Source: a virus
Taxonomy: Duplodnaviria > Heunggongvirae > Uroviricota > Caudoviricetes
Virus record (IMG/VR): IMGVR_UViG_3300031576_000029
Coordinates: 1 to 64,000 of that record
Length of the DNA stretch: 64,000 bases
Reading direction: 5' to 3' (one strand)
Position 1 is the stretch's first letter. Every line of letters begins with the position of its first letter. Positions 1-7,300 of the stretch are shown piece after piece. A model generated the notes under the pieces. The model had not been told where the DNA came from, did not search any database, and saw only the letters and a program-made list of their open reading frames with translations. The translations under genes were made by a program, and so were the position numbers.

Positions 1-403
1 AAGTATGGAATCAAGTAATGAATCAAGTATGGAATCAAGTAAGGGATCAAGTATGGAATCAAGTAAGGGATCAAGTAGGGAATCAAGTAGGGGATCAAGT
101 AGGGAATCAAATAGTGGATCAAGTAAGGCATCAAGTAGTGTATCAAGTAGGGGATCAAGTAGGGGATCAAGTAGGGGATCAAGTAGGGGATCAAGTAGGG
201 GATCAAGTAGGGGATCAAGTAGGGAATCAAGTATGGGATCAAGTATGGGATCAAGTATGGGATCAAATAGGGGATCAAGTATGGGATCAAGTAGGGAATC
301 AAGTATGGGATCAAGTATGGGATCAAGTATGGGATCAAATAGGGGATCAAGTATGGGATCAAGTAAGGAATCAAGTATGGGATCAAGTAGTGGAGAATAT
401 TAA
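1..403. repeat. Tandem array of about 33 copies of a 12-bp unit, consensus aagtaNNgNatc; truncated by the window start
   Basis: Head-to-tail 12-mers can be read directly. Only three positions in the unit vary. Every frame stays open across the array. Confidence 0.95.
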
Positions 404-446
404 TAGGGAGTCAAATGTCAAAAAGAAAAATAAATGCAAGTCCTAA
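3..446 (+). CDS. Tetrapeptide-repeat protein with (D/N)QV(W/R/G) repeats; C-terminal part, N-terminus lies upstream of the window
   Basis: The open frame runs from the window edge (18..446 in the ORF track). It uses the same repeat register as the complete paralogue at 791..1207. A 12-bp period equals four codons. The alternative frame 5..403, with SS(K/M/R)G repeats, cannot be excluded. Confidence 0.3.
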   Translation, partial: VWNQVMNQVWNQVRDQVWNQVRDQVGNQVGDQVGNQIVDQVRHQVVYQVGDQVGDQVGDQVGDQVGDQVGDQVGNQVWDQVWDQVWDQIGDQVWDQVGNQVWDQVWDQVWDQIGDQVWDQVRNQVWDQVVENINRESNVKKKNKCKS

Positions 447-621
447 AATAGTTAAACCTTGGAAACATAATATTATGAAAATACGAAGAGAAGAAGCAGA
501 AAAACGTAATTCTGCTTATAACAAATTAACTATTCAACAGAAACTCGCTAAACTGGATATGAATGGGTATGCGGCAACTAAACAAAGATTTAAACTAAAT
601 AGTCAAATAAAAAAACCTTAA
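415..621 (+). CDS. Small basic hypothetical protein
   Basis: 68-aa ORF with a GGGAG ribosome-binding site 6 nt upstream. It starts right after the array ends. Confidence 0.5.
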   Translation: MSKRKINASPKIVKPWKHNIMKIRREEAEKRNSAYNKLTIQQKLAKLDMNGYAATKQRFKLNSQIKKP

Positions 622-790
622 GACGGAGAATATATGAATCATGAAGAAATTAGAAAAGAATGAAGACAAACTCTATATCAAATTCTAGGAATGCTAGGAT
701 ATTTAACACATGAAGATCCTTCTTATGATGAATTATTTAGACATTTAAATACAGAACTTGACTCTTTAGAAGATATAATGCTTAATAAAG

Positions 791-1207
791 ATGAAATATC
801 TTATGAATAAAAAAATCAAGATTCTCAAACCAGAATTATCAATAGAGGATCAGGATCAAGTAAGGTATCAAGTATGGAATCAAGTAAGGGATCAAGTAAG
901 TGATAAAGTAAATGATCAAGTAGGGAATCAAGTAAGGAATCAAGTGTGGAATCAAGTAAGGAATCAAGTAGGGAATCAAGTAAGGAATCAAGTGTGGAAT
1001 CAAGTAGAGGATCAAATATGGAATCAAGTAGGGAATCAAGTAAGGAATCAAGTGTGGAATCAAGTAAGTGATCAAGTAGGGAATCAAGTAAGGAATCAAG
1101 TAGGGAATCAAGTAGAGGATCAAGTAGGGGATCAAGTAAGGAATCAAATAGTGGATCAAATATGGAATCAAGTGAGGGATCAAGTAAAACAACAATTAGG
1201 AGAATAA
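791..1207 (+). CDS. Tetrapeptide-repeat protein: non-repeat N-terminal leader followed by about 28 xQVx repeats
   Basis: The ORF has a 25-aa unique leader. It ends one nt before the AGGAG ribosome-binding site and start of the next gene. The repeat period is 4 codons. Confidence 0.35.
   Translation: MKYLMNKKIKILKPELSIEDQDQVRYQVWNQVRDQVSDKVNDQVGNQVRNQVWNQVRNQVGNQVRNQVWNQVEDQIWNQVGNQVRNQVWNQVSDQVGNQVRNQVGNQVEDQVGDQVRNQIVDQIWNQVRDQVKQQLGE
846..1190. repeat. Second tandem array of about 29 copies of the same 12-bp unit
   Basis: Direct reading shows the same consensus as array 1. Confidence 0.95.
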
Positions 1208-1208
1208 A

Positions 1209-1457
1209 ATGAAAAAAACAGAGAATGGAACAATAGTAGTAACTGAAAAAGTAAATGCTACTCTTACAGTTGATAGCGAACATAAATTGTATAGTATTTA
1301 TGATGTAAAATTAAGTGATTTGGAAGAACTATTAAAACAAGCTAAAAAAATGAAAAAATATTGGACTAGTGAAAATCGTACGGTGCCTAAAAAAATTAAA
1401 GCTTCTTTTGTTCATTTAAATCCTAGATTAACATTTTATGTGCATTTTGATGGGTAA
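1209..1457 (+). CDS. Hypothetical protein
   Basis: 82-aa ORF with an AGGAG ribosome-binding site. Confidence 0.5.
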   Translation: MKKTENGTIVVTEKVNATLTVDSEHKLYSIYDVKLSDLEELLKQAKKMKKYWTSENRTVPKKIKASFVHLNPRLTFYVHFDG

Positions 1458-1557
1458 AATATGATTAAAAAAATTATAACAGATGAAACACATAAGCCTA
1501 TTAAAATTTGGACAGATGATGTAGAAGTTGAAGTAGAATATTTAGAACTTATTAAAG

Positions 1558-2307
1558 ATGAATATGCTGACAAATAAACAATATTATATATTACTAGCAT
1601 TCTTAATTATAATGTATCTACTTTGTATATCAGTAAATATTGCTATCAGCGAAGAAAGAAATATAGCATTAGTAGAAAATAGAATACAGATTGCTCTTTT
1701 AGATACAGGAATATCAATACAAGATTATAAAATAAAACCATTCCTTTGCAATAAGGTTTATGATATGACAAATTCTTCAGTAGAAGATTGGCATGGTCAT
1801 GGAACACATCTTGCTCACATTTTAGCTTCTTTTATTGATTCGAAAAAACACTGTATTTTGATTATAAAAGTATTTAACAGACGTCATGAATACGGAGTTG
1901 GTGGAGTTGACAGTATTCTTAAAGGGATTAGAAACTCTATTGACAATCATGTTAGATATATTAATTTAAGTTTTGGAGGAACTGAGAAATCTATAGATGA
2001 AGAAAAATTAATAAGGGAAGCATTGGATAAAAATATTAGGGTAAGTGTAGCAGCGGGAAATGAAGGACGAGATTTTAATAAGCTTTCATGTAATTATTAT
2101 CCAGCTTGTTATAATATTAAATCTAATAATTTTTATGTAGTTGGTTCCATAGATTCAAATGGAAAAGTTACATCGTTTTCTAATTATCATGGTCCTATCG
2201 ATGCGTATGAAAAAGGAGAGATCGAAATTGATGGTATATCTGGAAGAGGAACAAGTATATCTACAATTATTTGGACTGGTAAATTACTACGAAAGGAAAA
2301 TCCTTAA
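1558..2307 (+). CDS. Subtilisin-like (S8) serine protease with N-terminal signal/membrane anchor
   Basis: Catalytic-triad motifs appear in the canonical order: LLDTGIS (Asp), HGHGTHLAHI (His) and GTSISTI (Ser). The N-terminus is hydrophobic. Confidence 0.6.
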   Translation: MNMLTNKQYYILLAFLIIMYLLCISVNIAISEERNIALVENRIQIALLDTGISIQDYKIKPFLCNKVYDMTNSSVEDWHGHGTHLAHILASFIDSKKHCILIIKVFNRRHEYGVGGVDSILKGIRNSIDNHVRYINLSFGGTEKSIDEEKLIREALDKNIRVSVAAGNEGRDFNKLSCNYYPACYNIKSNNFYVVGSIDSNGKVTSFSNYHGPIDAYEKGEIEIDGISGRGTSISTIIWTGKLLRKENP

Positions 2308-2308
2308 A

Positions 2309-2599
2309 ATGAAAATTAAATCTTTAACATTTGGATTTAGTAATCATATAACCAAAGAAGAATTAGAAAAAGCATATTCTGAAGGTATGATTAAAAAGTC
2401 TAATTTAGTTAACGAAGCACACTATTTAGGTACTTGTAGAAATTCTTATGTAGCTAAATGGATCAGCAAAGATAATTGTTTCTACTATATGAGAACTAAA
2501 TTTGGAGATACTTTTATAGAATCAATAAAACATCCAGAGGATGATGATAGATTTGATTTTTTTATTCCTATGGAAAAGATTGAAGATATATATGAATAG
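2309..2599 (+). CDS. Hypothetical protein; start trimmed from ORF 2159..2599
   Basis: The ATG at 2309 directly follows the stop codon of the previous gene. Confidence 0.4.
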   Translation: MKIKSLTFGFSNHITKEELEKAYSEGMIKKSNLVNEAHYLGTCRNSYVAKWISKDNCFYYMRTKFGDTFIESIKHPEDDDRFDFFIPMEKIEDIYE

Positions 2600-2725
2600 A
2601 TATAATATAATGGGAACTTACGATGGTTAAAAAAAGTATGAAAAGACTAAAAAGATTTAAACAATATGAATATGCTGTAGTTATTTTTACTATTGCTCTC
2701 ATATTACTTGTAATGAAAGTCGTAG

Positions 2726-2995
2726 ATGTTTTCAGAAGCGGAAATTAAAGAAGCTGTGATGTGGTATGTGATTCATAATCAACATCATTTAAAAGAAGAA
2801 TTAAAAGATTTAATACAACAGAGAAATGATCTTATTAAAAAAGAAGATGAAGTATTTCATGATGATATTACAACTCAATTCGAGAAAATGGCAAAAAGTA
2901 TTATTTGTGAAAAAATAGGAAAAGACTTGGCTTTATCTCCCGAATCTGTTATTATAATTTTAGATGATTTAAACATGGACGAACTTATTGCTTGA
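2726..2995 (+). CDS. Hypothetical protein
   Basis: 89-aa ORF. Confidence 0.4.
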   Translation: MFSEAEIKEAVMWYVIHNQHHLKEELKDLIQQRNDLIKKEDEVFHDDITTQFEKMAKSIICEKIGKDLALSPESVIIILDDLNMDELIA

Positions 2996-3020
2996 CAAAG
3001 GATTTGGAATTTGATAAACT
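2992..3020 (+). promoter_or_regulatory. Sigma70-like promoter for the Ro60 gene: TTGACA, 17-nt spacer, TGnTAAACT
   Basis: Consensus -35 box, an extended TG, and a 4/6 match at -10, about 125 nt upstream of the Ro60 ATG. Confidence 0.45.
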
Positions 3021-3078
3021 AAGAGTAGTACAATAGCCGAATGGCTGTACTCTTTCATTGTAACACTGAGGGTCGAAG

Positions 3079-3110
3079 ATAATCGATTATTGGATTATAT
3101 CATCGATTAT
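3079..3110 (+). promoter_or_regulatory. Pair of ATCGAT-centred palindromes (ATAATCGATTAT, ATCATCGATTAT) in the Ro60 5' leader; candidate operator
   Basis: One perfect 12-bp palindrome and a near-copy 20 bp downstream. Confidence 0.35.
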
Positions 3111-3146
3111 CAATTCCTTATCCTCCTTCTTTCTTAGGAGAACAGT

Positions 3147-4736
3147 ATGAATTATTCAAATTTCTTATCCAAGAAGACAACTCCTCAAACACAACCTATT
3201 TTTGGTCGCAATGATCAAAAACTTAATAATGCCGGAGGATATGTATTTGATGTTCCAGATCAAGCATTACTCGAAAGATTTCTTACGATTGGTACAGAAA
3301 ATGGTACTTATTATGTAAGTGAACAAAAGCTCACTGTTGATAATGCTAAACGCATGATTGAGATTATTAAAAAAGATGGAAAGAATGTTGTTCAAACTCT
3401 CCTTAATTTTACAGAAAACAACAGAGCACTTAAACAAGATCCATCTATTTTTGTGTTAGCTTTAGCTTGCACTTATGGAGATGCCGATACAAAGAAATTT
3501 GCTTATAATGCCATTCATAAAGTATGTAGAACATCTACTCATTTATTTACTTTCTGTCAAAATGTTCAAGATTTAAGAGGATGGAGTAGAGGATTAAGAA
3601 CCGGAGTATCTCAGTTTTATTTATCTAAAAGTCCAAAAGATGTTGCTTATCAACTTGTTAAATATCGTCAACGAAATGGATGGACACATAGAGATGTTCT
3701 AAGACTAGCTCATACTAATCCTAGACTATCTACTGGATATTTGTATTTATTTCACTATGCAGTAAATGGTTCTTTAAAAATGAGCATGGATGTTCCTGAT
3801 ATTATTCATGCATTTGAAAATGCTCAAGATACCGATGATGTTAAAGAATTGGTAGATTTAATTAAAAGATACAATTTAACTTGGGAAATGGTTCCAACAG
3901 AAAAATTAAATAATAAAGAAGTTTTAGCTGCTCTTCTTGAAAATATGCCTATGACAGCTCTACTCAGAAATTTAAACAGATTTGCTATTTCAGGTCTGAC
4001 AAATGGACGTAGAGAATATCATACAAATTTTATTGTTGAAAGACTTAATGATTTGAATCTTCTTAAGAAATCTCATGTACATCCAATTACTCTTTTAAAT
4101 ACAATGAAAATCTATAATTCAGGTCATGGAATGAAGGGTAAACAAACTTGGACTCCCAATCAAGAAATTGTTGATGCTCTTAATAGTTCATTTGAACTAT
4201 CTTTTCAAGCTGTCGAACCTACAAATAAGTCTATTCTTATTGCGGCAGATGTCAGTGGTAGCATGTCTCATTCTAATGTTGGTGGAATGGCTTTAAGTCC
4301 TATCGAAATAGCAGCTGCTTTGCTTCTAACTACTTATAAAACTGAACCAAATGCAGAAGCTGTTTTGTTTGATACTGTTGTGTACCCAACAAAATTTGGC
4401 ACAAGAACAAGTTATGATGCAGTTCTCCAAACTGTTAAAAATATTTGTGGAGGAGGAACTGATTGTTCACTTCCATTCAAACATGCATTGAGCACTAGAA
4501 CTAAATATGATGCTATTATGACTTTAACAGATAGTGAAACATGGGCTGGAAGTCAACATCCTATTCAAGCATATGCAACGTACAAACAAACTGTTAATGT
4601 AAATACTAAAGGAATTGTTGTTGGAATGGTAGCTAATGAATGTACATTATTTCCTGCTGAAGATTTAGATGCTCTCAATATTGCTGGTATGGATAGTTCA
4701 ATACCCGAATTAATTCGTAATTTTATTAAGGATTGA
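3147..4736 (+). CDS. rsr: Ro60 (Rsr) orthologue: TROVE domain plus C-terminal vWA domain
   Basis: The N-terminal GGYVFDVPDQALLERFLTIGTENGTYYVSEQKL matches the TROVE signature. The C-terminal half has a vWA MIDAS motif, IAADVSGSMS. Length is 529 aa. Confidence 0.8.
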   Translation: MNYSNFLSKKTTPQTQPIFGRNDQKLNNAGGYVFDVPDQALLERFLTIGTENGTYYVSEQKLTVDNAKRMIEIIKKDGKNVVQTLLNFTENNRALKQDPSIFVLALACTYGDADTKKFAYNAIHKVCRTSTHLFTFCQNVQDLRGWSRGLRTGVSQFYLSKSPKDVAYQLVKYRQRNGWTHRDVLRLAHTNPRLSTGYLYLFHYAVNGSLKMSMDVPDIIHAFENAQDTDDVKELVDLIKRYNLTWEMVPTEKLNNKEVLAALLENMPMTALLRNLNRFAISGLTNGRREYHTNFIVERLNDLNLLKKSHVHPITLLNTMKIYNSGHGMKGKQTWTPNQEIVDALNSSFELSFQAVEPTNKSILIAADVSGSMSHSNVGGMALSPIEIAAALLLTTYKTEPNAEAVLFDTVVYPTKFGTRTSYDAVLQTVKNICGGGTDCSLPFKHALSTRTKYDAIMTLTDSETWAGSQHPIQAYATYKQTVNVNTKGIVVGMVANECTLFPAEDLDALNIAGMDSSIPELIRNFIKD

Positions 4737-4799
4737 ACGAGTCGAATGAGAATCGGTTATTTTCAAGCTATATCCGATTTTCGATAACTTATTCGTTCA
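4734..4799 (+). ncRNA. Candidate Y-RNA-like module 1, directly 3' of rsr
   Basis: Terminal 7-bp stem TGAACGA/TCGTTCA encloses an internal aatcgg/ccgatt hairpin. It shares a GAGTCGAATGA box with module 2. Confidence 0.3.
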
Positions 4800-4845
4800 T
4801 TAATTTGGAATGTAGTGAATCATAGATATTTTTATCAATTTATTT

Positions 4846-4937
4846 TTAGCGAGTCGAATGAATTGATTAGAGTTCGAATCTCATCTTGAAGCGATAGCTT
4901 CTTGTAGGAACCCGATTTCTAAATCTTCATTCGCTAA
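4846..4937 (+). ncRNA. Candidate Y-RNA-like module 2 with a tRNA-like T-arm mimic
   Basis: The terminal stem TTAGCGA..GAATGAA / TTCATTCGCTAA carries a 5-nt bulge. Inside it are GAG-TTCGAAT-CTC (a T-loop consensus) and the GAAGC-gata-GCTTC hairpin. A U-rich tract follows. Confidence 0.35.
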
Positions 4938-4976
4938 TAACAAATTTTATTTTCTATTTGCGAATAGGAGGATTTT

Positions 4977-6245
4977 GTGAAAGTTAAGAAGATAGATGCC
5001 AAAGGGAGAAAATACTATACTTTAGTATATAATCCTAAATCGAAGAAAACTATCTTTATTCAAGAATTTCCTCAAACTCTTCATATTAGAGAATCAAATA
5101 CCGATAACGGTAAACCTAGACATCAAACACGTTTTATTATTTCTTTTAAGAGAAATCAAGTTAATCTATATCAAAAAGGTACAGGTAATAGAATAGTAAA
5201 TGTTACTACTACTCCTGAAGCCTTTGATAAGTATATTAATAATAGTTTGGCTTTTGCAAAAACAGATAAAACTAATAAATTTTTCTTGTTAGGTAAAAGA
5301 TCGGCATTAAACAAATTAATCTTACAAAAAGCTAAACAATGTAAAATACGAACATTAATTAAATTAAATGCCACTAGATTTTATTCGGGAAGTTTAGTTT
5401 ATATTTTAGCCTTTCCTTTGACCTCTGAATTTATAATAAGTAGATTCCCTAAAGAAATAGTTCATTTGGCCGGATCTAGAAAAAATCCTATTTCAAGATT
5501 CTTAAGAAAATTTTCTATTAGAGAAGCAGTAGAAAGTGGATTAAAAACTAAATCAAAAAAGCTTATAAAATTAATAACTGAAAGTAATAATCTATACAGA
5601 ACATTTTTATTTGTCTATACCCTAAGAAAATTGATACCTTTAGATTACATATTTGAAATAATTCTTAATAATACTAGTCAAAGTTTAGGTTTCATCAATG
5701 AACAACAAGTTAGAATAACAAGAAAATTACTAAAAAATTATGGTAAAGAACGCATTAAGATTTTGATGTCTAAGACTTTTAATGATTTTGAATTAATAGA
5801 TTCAGCAAAACAATGGAATGATTTTAAAAATCAAATAACTTTACCAGATAAACCAGATTCTATTAAAACATTACATGATTATATTTCAAAAGAATATAGA
5901 AAAGTAAAAACCCAGAATCATAAATTAAATATGATTAAAACGTTTAAAATTTTAGATGGTTTTCAAATTAAAAATTATAGATTCCATTTACCAAAAAACA
6001 CACATGAGTTAATTGAATGGGGTCAAAAATTGAATAATTGTATAGCAAGCTATTCAGATAGCGCAATGAGACAAGATATTCAATTAGTTGGAGTATTAAA
6101 AGATGATCAACTTACTTATGCTTTAGAATTATCTAAACAGGGTAAGATAATCCAATTTAGAGGAAAAAATAATTCTTCACCTGATCTTTCGGATTATAAA
6201 TTAATTACACATACTATCACTAACTTATTGACCATTTATCCATAA
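4977..6245 (+). CDS. PcfJ-like domain protein
   Basis: The C-terminal block ELIEWGQKLNNCIASY...IIQFRGKNNSSP resembles the PcfJ-like signature. It has a GTG start with an AGGAGG ribosome-binding site. Confidence 0.45.
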   Translation: MKVKKIDAKGRKYYTLVYNPKSKKTIFIQEFPQTLHIRESNTDNGKPRHQTRFIISFKRNQVNLYQKGTGNRIVNVTTTPEAFDKYINNSLAFAKTDKTNKFFLLGKRSALNKLILQKAKQCKIRTLIKLNATRFYSGSLVYILAFPLTSEFIISRFPKEIVHLAGSRKNPISRFLRKFSIREAVESGLKTKSKKLIKLITESNNLYRTFLFVYTLRKLIPLDYIFEIILNNTSQSLGFINEQQVRITRKLLKNYGKERIKILMSKTFNDFELIDSAKQWNDFKNQITLPDKPDSIKTLHDYISKEYRKVKTQNHKLNMIKTFKILDGFQIKNYRFHLPKNTHELIEWGQKLNNCIASYSDSAMRQDIQLVGVLKDDQLTYALELSKQGKIIQFRGKNNSSPDLSDYKLITHTITNLLTIYP

Positions 6246-6262
6246 AAGGGTATAATATTTAC

Positions 6263-6607
6263 ATGACTATTCAAGAAGCAATCGAAACTACCAAACCTTT
6301 TAGACTTCCTAAATGGAGCAATAATTGGATAACTGTAGATTTAAACGCCAACTTATTTAAGTTATCTGGTCCTGATAGTCCTGATCTATGGAAATTATTT
6401 CCAAATGATTTTTTATCTCTTGATTGGGAAGTAAAATTGTGTAACACGCACAATACAATCGCTATTAATCAACTACATCTTCTCTGTGCAACTTGTCTAG
6501 GAGAAGCTGTAACAAACATAGTTCCGCCAGAAATAAAACTTGTTCCTAAATGTTCATGTGATTTAAGATTAATTCTTTCTAAAGGATGTCAATGTGGAGG
6601 AATATAA
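6263..6607 (+). CDS. Cysteine-rich hypothetical protein
   Basis: 114-aa ORF with C..C and CSC...CQC clusters. Confidence 0.4.
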   Translation: MTIQEAIETTKPFRLPKWSNNWITVDLNANLFKLSGPDSPDLWKLFPNDFLSLDWEVKLCNTHNTIAINQLHLLCATCLGEAVTNIVPPEIKLVPKCSCDLRLILSKGCQCGGI

Positions 6608-6790
6608 TAAAAGAATTCAGGAACCTGATGCATTGCTATGGTTTAAAGTAGGCTCACAAGGAGCTGATAGAGTAATTTATTATTCGTGCCTGATTTGCTG
6701 TCACCTGCATTGTGGTGAGATTGGCTAAGCAACTATTCCAGGGCCAGCATGCTGAGTGCCTAGAAAGCTGGTAAAATTTTGGAGTTGTTA
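6608..6790 (+). other. ORF-free, GC-enriched intergenic island; candidate small structured RNA
   Basis: No ORF on either strand. Local G+C is well above the flanks. Contains TCACC/GGTGA and CCAGC/GCTGG hairpins and an AGCATGCT palindrome. Confidence 0.2.
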
Positions 6791-7095
6791 TGAAAGCCAA
6801 GAATATAAGTAGACTTGATGAGCTTTGCAATGAAATGTTTCAGCTTTATCAAAAAGGCGGTGAAGAAGATTCATTGATTCAAGGCATTCATATTGCTCTG
6901 TCGATGGCTGAGATCGGATTGAAACTAGCTAAAAGTATTAAAATTCTCGAAAAAGCCCTATATAATATTATGTACAGTGCTTTATCACAAGGAATTGATG
7001 GAGATAAAAGTACAGTTGAAGATCATAAACAATATTCACTAGATCAAGCATCTGAAGCACTTCATGAAATGGAAAAAATATTAAATGAACCTTAA
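6790..7095 (+). CDS. Hypothetical protein
   Basis: 101-aa ORF. Confidence 0.4.
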   Translation: MKAKNISRLDELCNEMFQLYQKGGEEDSLIQGIHIALSMAEIGLKLAKSIKILEKALYNIMYSALSQGIDGDKSTVEDHKQYSLDQASEALHEMEKILNEP

Positions 7096-7300
7096 AAATA
7101 GAGCAATTAATATTCAAATAATTCGTACCAAAAAGGACCCCAAAATATATATGACATTAACTCATTTAATTAGTGGACTATCTGTTTCAAGTAAAGGCAT
7201 TTCTGAATCTAAATTAAGAAAAAAGTTATTAAAAGAATTACAACGAAAAATTATATCTTATGTTAAAGACTATATTGCTAATCATCCTATTAAAAAATGA
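7085..7300 (+). CDS. Hypothetical protein
   Basis: 71-aa ORF, translationally coupled to its neighbours. Confidence 0.35.
   Translation: MNLKNRAINIQIIRTKKDPKIYMTLTHLISGLSVSSKGISESKLRKKLLKELQRKIISYVKDYIANHPIKK

Noticed and set aside
1-1207. Considered whether the 12-bp arrays are a CRISPR array
   Set aside because: The units are contiguous with no spacers. The unit is far shorter than any CRISPR repeat, and the period is exactly 4 codons. There are no cas genes.
825-1283. Antisense ORFs 825..1283 and 839..1195 (LLDSLLDP and YLIPYLIP repeats) across array 2
   Set aside because: Every frame is open through a stop-free repeat. These ORFs oppose the direction of all neighbouring genes and lack a start context. 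They are retained only as a formal alternative in the finding.
2159-2308. N-terminal 50 aa of ORF 2159..2599
   Set aside because: It overlaps the C-terminus of the subtilase gene in another frame. An ATG at 2309 immediately after the subtilase stop gives a clean start.
4865-4885. Possible tRNA gene suggested by the GTTCGAATC T-loop consensus
   Set aside because: No acceptor stem, D-arm or anticodon arm can be drawn around it. It fits better as a T-arm mimic inside a Y-RNA-like module.
5171-5374. Minus-strand 67-aa ORF inside the PcfJ-like gene
   Set aside because: It is embedded antisense within a longer co-directional gene. It is AT-rich low-complexity and probably spurious.
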